From positions 160,001 to 224,000 of the IMG/VR virus record IMGVR_UViG_3300011890_000001: DNA of 64,000 nucleotides; one strand, written 5' to 3'. Position 1 is the stretch's first letter; every line of letters begins with the position of its first letter. The position numbers were made by a program, and so were the translations under genes. Below the pieces are notes generated by a model. The model ran no database searches and had not been told where the DNA came from. It was given only the letters and a program-made list of their open reading frames with translations. Positions 54,903 through 64,000 of this stretch are shown here, piece by piece. Source of the stretch: a virus. Its lineage: Duplodnaviria; Caudoviricetes.

Positions 54903-57900
54903 ATGCTCACTTTTAACGCGCCCGAATCGAACGGCCTGACCGCGAGTATGGAGGCGATGGCGCCGCTTTATGACATGTACTTTCGAAAGTACGGCATTCT
55001 GCGACCCGTCCAACTTGTACAGCCGAAGGCACAGAAACTGGAAGAGTTGATTCTTCCGCAAAACAGCCTACTGCATTATCTGCCGGAAGACGAAATCGAA
55101 GTCTGTATTCCGCAGACCCATCCGTTGCTGGCACAAACCGAACGCCTTACCCTGATCCGTCATCTCGACCGACTGACCAGCGAGGAAGGCAAACCGCGAC
55201 TGCTGCCTGTACCGGTGGCTTCGATCAAGACCCAGTTCCATCGGCGCAATCGCCGCACCCGCGAGATGCTCACGCCCGACGTGACGCTGCGCGAAATGGA
55301 AACTGACGAGAAAAAGGTCGCCGCTGGTCCGGTCGGCACCTCACCGCTTCAGGTGAAGGTCTACAACTACGGACTGCTCAACCAGCTTTATCGCTACCCC
55401 ACTAATTTCTTCCGTGCCTACAATCGTTGGCGTAATCTTCAACACACTCTTTGGACCCACGTCGGTGACGTCGGTCGCAATTACCCGAACGTGAATCAGT
55501 TCATGTTTGCGCGATTGCCGACTGTACTGCCGACTATCGCGTACTTGCTGCGTGGCGAAAAGGAAATGACGCGCGACCTGATGGGTCGTTTCGCACAGCC
55601 TGAATCCCTGTTCATTCTTGAACTGTGGAAGTGGTTGGGTGATAAGCGCGACAGCTCTATCATCGCCAGGGCGACGCCTGAAGAGCTGCGCCGCATGAAC
55701 ATCATTTTCCAGGAGCAGGATCGCTGGATCATGGTGAACATGGGTCGGTTGAATGACTGGCGCAAGCGTCCGGACTCTGAAGACGGTCCAGTGCAGGTAG
55801 GCGGGGCGGTGGAGACCAAGCAGATTCAGCGCCGCTTCCTGCGTATGCTGATGGCGCTGATGGAGGTTCGCACTGGTATCAGCGGCGAAGCACCGCAACC
55901 GATCGCCAAGTCCATTGATGCCGTGCCTGAAGTTTCCGTCGACGGCGAAGGGGAAGTTGAGGTTAAGACGGTAGTCAAGCCCGACCCCATCCAGCTGAAG
56001 GTGACGGACGATGAAGGCAAGACCAGCAAAGTCCGTTTGACCGCTCATCTGAATTTGGACAGGCTGCCCAGCAACCTGGCTGAAGAGACCGACGAGAACC
56101 AGGCTTTGATTGACGAAGCCATCACGATGGACCTGAAGGCTTTGGATCATCTGGCAGCACAGTACGAGGAGTCGTTGGTGGACGGCGAGGAAGATTCGCC
56201 CCAAGATACCTACGACAACGAAATCAGTGCGATGGTCAAGTACGTCCCTGAGGAAACCACCCCTGAGAAGGGTGTGATGGATGCAGTGGATCAGCTGGCC
56301 GATGCGGGTATGATCTCCGGTGCGGAGTATCGTCGCATGCAGGCGCTCTCCACGGCCTATACTCGAATCCCGAATCCGTTCGGTGAGGGCGCACTCGCAG
56401 ATCTGTTGGTGATCAACCCAGAAGATCGTTCGCTGGATAATCCGCAGCAGTTCCCGGATAATCCTCAGGTGCCGGATAAGTCGTTGCTCAAGAGCACGAT
56501 CGTTGACTTCACCCCGAAGTACCTGAAGGAGCTCTACCCGAAGGACGTGGCACGCACACTGATGTCCTTCCAGAAGGCCGGCATTGCTGTCACCTCGGTG
56601 GAACACGAAGAAGTGCGTAACGCATTGAACCATTTCGAACGGTTCTCCGTGCAGTTGACGCCGACCCAAGGTCGTGCCTCGACCATTCACATGCGCGTAC
56701 CTAAGATCAAGGACGACGGCACTTACATCGACAACGGTTCGCGTTACCGCCGCCGTATCCAACGTGGTGATCTTCCGATCCGTAAGATCAATCCGCGCGT
56801 GGTGGCACTGTCCAGCTATTACGATCGCACCACGATCAGTCGTTCCGAAAAGATGGTAGACAACCTGCACGTCTGGTTGACTAACCTGATCGTTTCGATG
56901 GCAATGAAGCCGGACAATGACAAGGTCACTGAACCTGCCCTGAGTAACGTCTTTGTTTCCGACAACCGCACGCCGCGCATCTACTCGATGTTGGCGCATC
57001 GTTTCTTGTCTTTCAAGAGCGGTGATCTGTTCTTCTATTTCGACTACGCTACTCGCCATCAGAAGTTTGGTGCTGAACGCGTGGATCAGATCGAGAAGGG
57101 CGAGCTGACGGTCATCGGCAGTAAAGGTGAGAACCTGTTGGTGGTAGACGAAGGTAATACCATCTACGAAGCCGTTGGGTTGGAGCTGAAGGTGCTGGGC
57201 ACGATGCTCGAGATCCTCGACATCACGGCGATCCCGCCGGTGGAAGTGGCGGAGATGAAGATCTTCCGTAAGCAGCTTCCGGTCGGTGTGTTCCTGGCTT
57301 ATCACCTCGGCATCACTGAACTGTTCCGACTGTTGGGTGTCGTACCGCGCCGCGTACCGACCGGTACTCGTCTGAACATGGCCGACGACGAAATGGCTAT
57401 TCGTTTCCAAGACGAGTCGTGGGTGATTCCCAACGATGGCGGGAAGGCAGGTCTGATTCTGACCGGCCTGGTCAAGTACGAGAAGATCACCAAGGATTAC
57501 AGCTCGCATCTGTTTGACCGTAAGGACGTGTACTTTAACGTTCTGGAGCGGGCAGGCATGGGCGTGCGCTATATCCGTGAGATGACACTGATCGAACAGA
57601 TGTTTGTCGATCCGATGACCGAGGACGTATTGAAGGAGATGGGCGAACCCACTGACTTCATCGGCCTGTGTTTCCGAGCCTGCGAACTGCTGGTCACCGA
57701 CTGGTCGCCGCAGGAGACCGACATGGCCTACATGCGCCTGAAGGGGTATGAAGGTATCGTTGGAGCCATGTACAGCGAGATGATCAAGTCGCTGCGACAG
57801 TTCAACGCACGTGGTGCTATTGCCAATCGTAAGATTGACATGCATCCCGAAGCCGTGTGGGTTAACATCGCCACCGACTCCGTCAAGAAGGCGGTGGAAG

Positions 57901-59318
57901 AAGCCAACCCCGTGCACTGTATGCGTGAGCGTGAGGAAGTGACCTTCTCTGGTCACGGTGGTCGTTCCGGTCGTTCAATGGTTGAGCGTTCACGAATCTA
58001 CCATCCCAACGACATGGGTGTGATCTCCGAATCGACTAAGGACTCGGCGGACGTTTCGGTGACTACGTTCACCACCGCCAACCCGACGCTGACTTCGCTT
58101 CGCGGTATCACTCGCCGTATCGACATCGAGAAGGACGGCCCTGCGTCAATCTTGTCGTCACCAGCATTGTTGTCGCCGGCAGCCGATCGCGACGACGGTA
58201 AGCGTGTAGGCTTTATTCCGATTCAGCATTCGTCGGGCACGTTCACCAAGGGTTACCGCACCACGCCGCTGCGTACTGGTTTTGAACACGTCATCGCGCA
58301 TCGCGTGGACGACATGTTTGCAAGCTCGGCTACCGATGACGGTAAGATCATTGCACTGAGCAACTCGGTACTGACTGTCGAATACGCCAACGGCGCGAAG
58401 CAGTCTATTCAAATCGGTCGCCGCTTCGGTAAGGCTGCCGGTAAGAACATTCCGCAGATGCTGGTCACTGACTTCAAGCTGGGGGAGACGGTTAAGAAGG
58501 GTGACGTTCTTGCTTACAACAGCAATTACTTTGCACCCGACCTGCTGGTACCGAAGCAAGTAGTTTGGAAGGCTGGTGTGATGGCCATGGTTGCTTTCAT
58601 GGAACACGCCGATACGCTGGAAGACTCCTCGGTTATTTCCGAGAAACTCGCTAAGGAACTGGAGACCTCTGTCACGACCATTCGCGATATCACGGTAGCG
58701 TTCTCCGACACCGTCCACGGTCTTGTACAAGTGGGAGATGAGGTCGAAGATGACACAATCCTATGTACGATCGAAGACGCCGTAACGGCTGAGAGTAATC
58801 TGTTCAGTGAGAAATCACTCGACATGCTCCAGTTGTTGGCTGCCAATACGCCTCGCGCTAAACAGCGTGGCGTCGTGGAAAAGATCGAGGTACTGTACCA
58901 TGGCGATCTGGAAGACATGTCCGAATCGCTGGGCCTGATCGCTGGACAAAGTGATCGGGCGCGCAAGCGCCTGTGTCGCGAGATGGGTGAACCGCCCATC
59001 ACCGGTCTGGTTGACGCCACCGCACGTATTCAGAGCCAGCCCCTGGTGGCTGACCATGCTGTTATTCGCGTTTACATCACTGGTCCCGTCGCCGCTGGCG
59101 TTGGTGACAAGGTGGTATTCGCTAGCCAGCTGAAGAGTGTGGTTGGTCGACTGATGGCCGGTCGCAATGAGACTAAGGACGGGCAAGAGATCGATGCTAT
59201 CTTTAGCTATCAGTCTGTCGCCAACCGAATCGTGCGTAGTCCCGAGATCATAGGCATGGCCAATCTGCTCCTGCTGAAGCTTAGCGAACGCATGGCCGAC
59301 ACGTACTTCAACGAATGA
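54903..59318 (+). CDS. rpoB: Virion RNA polymerase beta subunit, N-terminal/main part (phiKZ gp178-like)
   Basis: 1471 aa; GHGGRS, YHPNDMGVISESTKDS..V, DRDDGKR..F..IQ, LRTGFE, EDSSVIS, GVGDKVVFASQLKSV, IDAIF. Confidence 0.9.
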   Translation: MLTFNAPESNGLTASMEAMAPLYDMYFRKYGILRPVQLVQPKAQKLEELILPQNSLLHYLPEDEIEVCIPQTHPLLAQTERLTLIRHLDRLTSEEGKPRLLPVPVASIKTQFHRRNRRTREMLTPDVTLREMETDEKKVAAGPVGTSPLQVKVYNYGLLNQLYRYPTNFFRAYNRWRNLQHTLWTHVGDVGRNYPNVNQFMFARLPTVLPTIAYLLRGEKEMTRDLMGRFAQPESLFILELWKWLGDKRDSSIIARATPEELRRMNIIFQEQDRWIMVNMGRLNDWRKRPDSEDGPVQVGGAVETKQIQRRFLRMLMALMEVRTGISGEAPQPIAKSIDAVPEVSVDGEGEVEVKTVVKPDPIQLKVTDDEGKTSKVRLTAHLNLDRLPSNLAEETDENQALIDEAITMDLKALDHLAAQYEESLVDGEEDSPQDTYDNEISAMVKYVPEETTPEKGVMDAVDQLADAGMISGAEYRRMQALSTAYTRIPNPFGEGALADLLVINPEDRSLDNPQQFPDNPQVPDKSLLKSTIVDFTPKYLKELYPKDVARTLMSFQKAGIAVTSVEHEEVRNALNHFERFSVQLTPTQGRASTIHMRVPKIKDDGTYIDNGSRYRRRIQRGDLPIRKINPRVVALSSYYDRTTISRSEKMVDNLHVWLTNLIVSMAMKPDNDKVTEPALSNVFVSDNRTPRIYSMLAHRFLSFKSGDLFFYFDYATRHQKFGAERVDQIEKGELTVIGSKGENLLVVDEGNTIYEAVGLELKVLGTMLEILDITAIPPVEVAEMKIFRKQLPVGVFLAYHLGITELFRLLGVVPRRVPTGTRLNMADDEMAIRFQDESWVIPNDGGKAGLILTGLVKYEKITKDYSSHLFDRKDVYFNVLERAGMGVRYIREMTLIEQMFVDPMTEDVLKEMGEPTDFIGLCFRACELLVTDWSPQETDMAYMRLKGYEGIVGAMYSEMIKSLRQFNARGAIANRKIDMHPEAVWVNIATDSVKKAVEEANPVHCMREREEVTFSGHGGRSGRSMVERSRIYHPNDMGVISESTKDSADVSVTTFTTANPTLTSLRGITRRIDIEKDGPASILSSPALLSPAADRDDGKRVGFIPIQHSSGTFTKGYRTTPLRTGFEHVIAHRVDDMFASSATDDGKIIALSNSVLTVEYANGAKQSIQIGRRFGKAAGKNIPQMLVTDFKLGETVKKGDVLAYNSNYFAPDLLVPKQVVWKAGVMAMVAFMEHADTLEDSSVISEKLAKELETSVTTIRDITVAFSDTVHGLVQVGDEVEDDTILCTIEDAVTAESNLFSEKSLDMLQLLAANTPRAKQRGVVEKIEVLYHGDLEDMSESLGLIAGQSDRARKRLCREMGEPPITGLVDATARIQSQPLVADHAVIRVYITGPVAAGVGDKVVFASQLKSVVGRLMAGRNETKDGQEIDAIFSYQSVANRIVRSPEIIGMANLLLLKLSERMADTYFNE

Positions 59319-59320
59319 TG

Positions 59321-59347
59321 AGTGGGGGCCTTCGGGCCCCCACTTTT
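59321..59347 (+). terminator. Intrinsic terminator
   Basis: AGTGGGGGCC-ttcg-GGCCCCCACT-TTT. Confidence 0.8.
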
Positions 59348-59383
59348 CTAACCCGCCACCGCACTCAGGAAACTGAAAAGAAA

Positions 59384-59596
59384 ATGAGCACCATTTCCAA
59401 AGAAAGCGCGATCGAGCAGAGCACTGTTCCGACGCTGGCCAATGCCATCCACATGGGTGCCGAAGCCATTCTGCGTGTCGCAGGCAATGAAATCGCCAAC
59501 ACCATTCGTGGTAAGGCCCTCACTGTCTCCGCACTCCACTCGGCGCTGGCTACCCGTATCCGTAGCCGCACTCCCGCCATCCAGAAGAAGGGCTGA
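59384..59596 (+). CDS. Small hypothetical protein
   Basis: Start taken at MSTISKE after the terminator; stop is 3 nt before the next ATG. Confidence 0.6.
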   Translation: MSTISKESAIEQSTVPTLANAIHMGAEAILRVAGNEIANTIRGKALTVSALHSALATRIRSRTPAIQKKG

Positions 59597-59599
59597 ATC

Positions 59600-61018
59600 A
59601 TGCTGCACGCCACTGCCGTAGGTATGAGCCAGATCGTCAATCAGGATCTGACTCTCAAAAATGTCAAGATCGAAGCACGTCCGGGCACCGCACTGGAAGC
59701 GCTGACTGATCTGTCCACTGCCGACATCCAAGTCCAAAAACACATCAAGGTCGATGGAGCGTCGCTTCCCATCGATCTGGCCGCTTCCCTGGAATCGGCA
59801 GCCAACGTTCCGGAAGAAGGCGCCAGCATGACTGAACATGACGTCGTCATGGATCAGGCTGTCGAGATGCTGGCCACCCAGCTGGCCGGTCTGCTGGATA
59901 CCGCCCAGAACGTCGTCAATCCGACCATTCGTCGCGTCCATGATTTCGTCGATGCTGAACTGCTGCGCTGCATCGTTCCGAAGGCTTCTCCTTTCACCAT
60001 CGTCAAGAAGCGCCCGCCGGCCGTCCTGCGTAGCGTACTGCTGCGGGAGTCTGTCGCACGTTTCGCCGCCGGTCCGACGACCGACTTTATGACCCGTGAT
60101 GTCGGCGCCGTGGCCCCGGGCGATCTGAAGACCACTATGGTCACCGGCCACCAGAGCATGGACGAGCTGCTGGATGGCGTTATTCAGGACGTCGGCTACG
60201 ACGCACTGATGGCCACCTGGAACCAGCTGTTCAATGTGAACTCCAGTCTGCGCGTCGGGTTCTCCTCCGACGAAACGGCCACGATGGCTGTTGCTGCATT
60301 CTTCATGGCTTCGCATGCACACGTCAATGTGCCGGCTGGCGTTCAGATCAACCTGGCCGAATGGCGCGCCTACACCTCGGGCCTGATCGCCACCCTGGGC
60401 TGTCTGATTCTGGAACACATCGACCGCGCCGATAAGTCGGCTCAGTTCGGCTCCATGATCCTCCGCACTCCGGTTCCGGGTAACCGCGAGGGTGAGATCA
60501 TCGTCGATGGTGCACGCTTTGACAACTGGTGCGCACGCGGTGGTTCGGAAGAGATCCTGCTGGGTGCCTTTATCGGCGACAACCGACTGGGTGATCCGGA
60601 ATCCCTGCTGGAGAACGCCGCTGCCCACCGTAAGGCCTGGGCCGTCCACTGCGGCATGTTCCAAGCCCACCGTACCGCCGATCGTCTGACCGTGGTACAG
60701 CAGGCGCTTCAGCGCGCACTGGCTGCTGAAGTGGTCGGTCAGCTGGCTGAAGAAGACCGACCGGCTGCACACGACAAGCTGAACGCATTCTGCTACGCGA
60801 TCACCATGTACGACATGGAGAAACTGTGGGAAACCTGCCGCGCGGGCGTCTGCTCTGTGCTTTTCCCCAACAGTGATGCTGCACGACTGCTGATCAACAT
60901 CGACGCCCAGACCAAGAACAATCCGGATCTGGAACCGCGCGAACTGGCACTGCTGGCTTCGATCGACCTCGTGGCCGACTGGGTGTGCAGTTCGATGGTG
61001 GTGTGCGACAACCCCTGA
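59600..61018 (+). CDS. Virion structural protein (phiKZ gp177-like)
   Basis: AQNVVNP, GGSEEILLG motifs; position between the RNAP beta and protease genes. Confidence 0.6.
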   Translation: MLHATAVGMSQIVNQDLTLKNVKIEARPGTALEALTDLSTADIQVQKHIKVDGASLPIDLAASLESAANVPEEGASMTEHDVVMDQAVEMLATQLAGLLDTAQNVVNPTIRRVHDFVDAELLRCIVPKASPFTIVKKRPPAVLRSVLLRESVARFAAGPTTDFMTRDVGAVAPGDLKTTMVTGHQSMDELLDGVIQDVGYDALMATWNQLFNVNSSLRVGFSSDETATMAVAAFFMASHAHVNVPAGVQINLAEWRAYTSGLIATLGCLILEHIDRADKSAQFGSMILRTPVPGNREGEIIVDGARFDNWCARGGSEEILLGAFIGDNRLGDPESLLENAAAHRKAWAVHCGMFQAHRTADRLTVVQQALQRALAAEVVGQLAEEDRPAAHDKLNAFCYAITMYDMEKLWETCRAGVCSVLFPNSDAARLLINIDAQTKNNPDLEPRELALLASIDLVADWVCSSMVVCDNP

Positions 61019-61026
61019 GGTAAACC

Positions 61027-61761
61027 ATGGACTTCTCAGCATTGATCCGCGACCCCCAAAAGGTCTACGAGGCGCTCTCTCTCCAAGAGGACGGTTCGAT
61101 CATCTGCCTCAAGCCTGTTAAGGTGATCATCCCCACTCGCTATCTAGAAAGTTCGCTAGCTGAGATTGGTGCCACTGTTTCGACTCTGGCCGTCTATGCA
61201 ATTGTGGTGGACGATAAGCATTACGCCGTCAGCAAGACGCTGGCGATGATGACGCTTACGCCCACCGCAGTTGCTACCCGCAAATACGACGAGACGAGTT
61301 ACGAAGAACTCTTCATGGATGTAGGCTCAGTGTTTACCCCCACCACTGACCTGGTGATAACCGACACACTGGTCTACTACGCTTTGGAGAACTTTGTTAA
61401 CCGAGGACGCATTCCGTGGTTCCTCGATTACGAAGACGTAGTGACCCTGACCTACACGGCAGAGAAACACGCCAACGTGAACCTGACTTCGTCTCATGCG
61501 GTATTGGCAATCATCGCATCGGCTGTTGCGCGCGATGTCAATGACAACCGCAAGTATTTCCGGCAGACACTTGTAGGGGCCGACAAGAAGCGAGGTCGTA
61601 ACGGTAGAGACGTGACATTTGTCCCGCTCAGCAGCGTCATCATGGGCGCTACCAACACCACCTCGCGACTGCAAGGTTCCCATCGAACCGACGGTACCAT
61701 CTCGGCACTCATTAACCCGAGTACCCGACTGGAACGTGTCGAACAACTTCTGCGCATGTAA
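61027..61761 (+). CDS. Conserved virion protein (phiKZ gp176-like)
   Basis: IPTRY, GRIPWFLDYED, ATNTTSRL.GS, ERVEQLLR; directly upstream of the protease. Confidence 0.65.
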   Translation: MDFSALIRDPQKVYEALSLQEDGSIICLKPVKVIIPTRYLESSLAEIGATVSTLAVYAIVVDDKHYAVSKTLAMMTLTPTAVATRKYDETSYEELFMDVGSVFTPTTDLVITDTLVYYALENFVNRGRIPWFLDYEDVVTLTYTAEKHANVNLTSSHAVLAIIASAVARDVNDNRKYFRQTLVGADKKRGRNGRDVTFVPLSSVIMGATNTTSRLQGSHRTDGTISALINPSTRLERVEQLLRM

Positions 61762-61773
61762 CAAGGAAAACAG

Positions 61774-62541
61774 ATGAGCAGTTTCTCTCTTTCCTGCACG
61801 GCGCTGATGGGTACCAACAAAGCTGGAACCCTCAAGCCCGATGCAGACGGGTATTACACAGTCGTACTGGGCGCACTTGACGTCTACAACTCCATTGGTG
61901 CTTTCTATCCGGAAGCATCGGCGCGTGAGCTATTTGAGCGCTCCTCCTCGCTGATGCGGCGCGTCGCCTCGGGTAACCTACGGGGCGAGTACGGACATCC
62001 GCGTAAGGACCCGGGCATGTCCGACGATCAGTTCTTGGCGCGCGTTCGCGATATCGTGGAACAATGTGTCAGTCACCACATCCGTAAGGTAACGGTTGAC
62101 TACACCACGCATCGCAACAAGCACGGTCAGCCAGTTATCACCATTGTGGGTGAGGTCAAGCCGGCAGGTCCGTTTGGTCCGGCGCTACAGAAGCAGTTGG
62201 ACAATCCGTCGGAGGACGTTTGTTTCTCGATTCGTTCGCTGACCAACGACCGCTATGAAGGCGGTCGTCTGATGAAACACCTGAAGGTCATCGTGACCTG
62301 GGACTACGTCAATGAGCCCGGACTGGACGTTGCGCGCAAGTGGAATGCTCCTGGCCTGGAAAGCATTGTCGACCTGCCGGGCAGCGAAATCAAGTTCACC
62401 TTCGACGACTTCAAGACCAAGATGAAGAATCCTGGTCGTGTGGGCGTCGGACTGGAATCTTCCGGCGGTGTCAGTCACGAAGAGTTTGCGGCTGCCGTCG
62501 CTGGATGCTCCAACGTCGCACCGGCTTCTTCGCGCTGGTAA
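61774..62541 (+). CDS. Prohead (head maturation) serine protease (phiKZ gp175-like)
   Basis: GYYTVVLGA, LRGEYGHP, VSHHI, VKPAGPFG, FSIRS, VTWDYVNEPG; C-terminal GLES twice, candidate self-cleavage sites. Confidence 0.88.
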   Translation: MSSFSLSCTALMGTNKAGTLKPDADGYYTVVLGALDVYNSIGAFYPEASARELFERSSSLMRRVASGNLRGEYGHPRKDPGMSDDQFLARVRDIVEQCVSHHIRKVTVDYTTHRNKHGQPVITIVGEVKPAGPFGPALQKQLDNPSEDVCFSIRSLTNDRYEGGRLMKHLKVIVTWDYVNEPGLDVARKWNAPGLESIVDLPGSEIKFTFDDFKTKMKNPGRVGVGLESSGGVSHEEFAAAVAGCSNVAPASSRW

Positions 62542-62581
62542 AAACTATTTCAGGACCGTATCATCGGACTGCAATGGAAAC

Positions 62582-62616
62582 CATAAAACCCCCACCCTTC
62601 GGGGTGGGGGCTTATG
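62582..62616 (+). terminator. Hairpin terminator
   Basis: CATAAAACCCCCACCC-ttcg-GGGTGGGGGCTTATG. Confidence 0.75.
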
Positions 62617-62651
62617 TCATCGTCAATCGAGACAAAGGGTTAGGTGTTTTA

Positions 62652-63128
62652 ATGAATGCTGAAGAAATCATCACGAATGTCCTGCAGTTTCGTCGCGACC
62701 ACCATGAACCGAAGACACCCATTGTTTTGAGCGCGGGGTGTGCACTGGTGATTTATGGCGTAAGGGAGACTTGCGGCGACATCGATGCCGATGTAAACGA
62801 ATCGGTCTATCGGCGACTTCGCAGTAAGGTCGATCCGACTGCAATTCAAAAGTTTGGAGATGTGGAATATTTTGCCGTCAATAACGCTATTGATCTCCAC
62901 ATCCTCAATCGCAACCGTAAATACATTGATGCCAGCGCGTGCTTCAGTACCGCACATCCGTTGTACGAGCAGGCAAAGGGCGTGCAGCTTTATACACTTG
63001 CCGATATGTATGAGCAGAAGCTTGCATTGATTAAGAACCCGCTCCGCAATCCTGCCAAACTCGAACAAGATAAAGCTGACCTGGACGGCATCAAGCTCCT
63101 TCGAACAATTGGCCTGAAGCGCCGTTGA
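62652..63128 (+). CDS. Small nucleotidyltransferase-like protein (paralogue 1)
   Basis: LSAGCALVIYGVRETCGDIDADV, a Pol-beta-type G...DxD pattern; start reassigned to MNAEE behind an AGGTG RBS. Confidence 0.6.
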   Translation: MNAEEIITNVLQFRRDHHEPKTPIVLSAGCALVIYGVRETCGDIDADVNESVYRRLRSKVDPTAIQKFGDVEYFAVNNAIDLHILNRNRKYIDASACFSTAHPLYEQAKGVQLYTLADMYEQKLALIKNPLRNPAKLEQDKADLDGIKLLRTIGLKRR

Positions 63129-63134
63129 AGAACA

Positions 63135-63170
63135 CCCCCCCCCCCACCCTCGAAGGGTGGGGGCTTATGC
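63135..63170 (+). terminator. Hairpin terminator with C11 run
   Basis: CCCCCACCCT-cga-AGGGTGGGGG-CTTATG; nearly identical to the hairpin at 62588. Confidence 0.7.
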
Positions 63171-63234
63171 CGTAAAGTTTAACAGTGATGTACGACACAT
63201 GTGTATTACCCAACACCCACACCGGAGTTAAGCA

Positions 63235-63585
63235 ATGGGCTACATGACTCGCGCCGAGTACAACGAACTGGTCGAAAAGCTGCGCAAGCGCGCAGCCGCA
63301 CTGAACACTGAACCGTACCCTCACTTCAGTCAAACCGTCAACGCCCCTGCCGGTAACGGACCGCTGACCGTTGTTGAGAAGAACGTCGGCCGTACGATCC
63401 GCATCGTGCTGACCGAGATCAAGCCCACCGACCCTGTCGACGCTGTGATCATCGCCGATCACCTTCTGGGTCGCGTACAGCGGGATAACGTCGAACCCGG
63501 CACCGCTGTGAAGAAGATGCGCAGTCTTCTGAACCTGGAAGAAGCCCGCAAGGAATATACCCGCCGCCTGAAGAAGTCGGCCTAA
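63235..63585 (+). CDS. Hypothetical protein
   Basis: GGAG RBS, 116 aa, strong codon bias. Confidence 0.7.
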   Translation: MGYMTRAEYNELVEKLRKRAAALNTEPYPHFSQTVNAPAGNGPLTVVEKNVGRTIRIVLTEIKPTDPVDAVIIADHLLGRVQRDNVEPGTAVKKMRSLLNLEEARKEYTRRLKKSA

Positions 63586-63600
63586 ACTCAAGGAGTCGTC

Positions 63601-64000
63601 GTGAATAAAGAGCAGATCATCGCCCGTCTGGAATACTTCCGGAATCTGTTTGGGTTGGACAAGGATAGTTTCGCCATCAACTCCGGCACCGCCATGGTCA
63701 TGCATGGCCTGCGCGATGAGACCACCGACATCGACATTGAAATGGGCCGCTGCACCATTCAGGTGCTCGGACGCCCGATCAGCGCCGATGGCAAGTACCG
63801 TTTCCAGGGCGACTTCGACATCGGTCTGGCGCCGGGCGATGCCACCGTCTGCCGTATCGACGGTTACCTGGTTTACACGCTTGAAGAACTGCTGGAACAG
63901 AAGCGTCGACTCCTGCACGAATCCAACCGGGCGCCGTATAAGCGTACTCGCGACCAGTCAGACATCGACGCCATTCTGAACCATATCGCCGAGCGCGACA
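63601..64000 (+). CDS. Small nucleotidyltransferase-like protein (paralogue 2), 3'-truncated; absent from the ORF track
   Basis: AAGGAG RBS plus GTG; translates MNKEQIIARLEYFRNLFGLDKDSFAINSGTAMVMHGLRDETTDIDIEM...YTLEELLEQKRRLL...RDQSDIDAILNHIAERD with no stop before the window end. Confidence 0.75.
   Translation, partial: MNKEQIIARLEYFRNLFGLDKDSFAINSGTAMVMHGLRDETTDIDIEMGRCTIQVLGRPISADGKYRFQGDFDIGLAPGDATVCRIDGYLVYTLEELLEQKRRLLHESNRAPYKRTRDQSDIDAILNHIAERD

Noticed and set aside
62340-62651. N-terminal extension of the 262-aa ORF overlapping the protease gene
   Set aside because: It crosses the protease C-terminus and a terminator; a good RBS and homology to the 63601 paralogue support the start at 62652
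63650-63979. 109-aa ORF from the ORF track
   Set aside because: Out-of-frame overlap with the better supported gene starting at 63601
1-64000. Stop-codon reassignment, introns or inteins
   Set aside because: Recognised genes are full length under the standard code, all three stops end genes, and conserved motifs in the RNAP, UvsX and SbcC genes appear uninterrupted

Overview
This window is part of a phiKZ-like (Chimalliviridae-type) jumbo bacteriophage genome, covering mainly the late/structural region; all phiKZ comparisons are from recalled motifs and gene order, not a database search. From left to right: (1) a cluster of tail-fibre and fibre-accessory genes (1-9.1 kb and 12.8-19.3 kb), three with intact C-terminal peptidase-S74-type chaperones; (2) virion proteins, RuvC, a GNAT acetyltransferase, a probable central spike, an SbcC/Rad50 ATPase, a candidate spanin pair, RNase H and UvsX/RecA; (3) three pieces of the split virion RNA polymerase (beta C-terminal part, beta' N-terminal part with DFDGD, beta N-terminal part); (4) a NADAR-like protein, a 2690-aa tape-measure/tail lysin with SLT and DUF5675-like domains, and the prohead protease; (5) two paralogous small nucleotidyltransferase-like genes at the right end. 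Many intergenic hairpins share CATAA...TTATG flanks. The least explained signal is a pair of ORF-free, strongly base-pairing intergenic elements (about 9147-9283 and 41148-41350) sharing an ordered motif and hairpin arrangement, which may be an undescribed phage structured RNA family. No tRNA, rRNA, CRISPR array or transposase was recognised.
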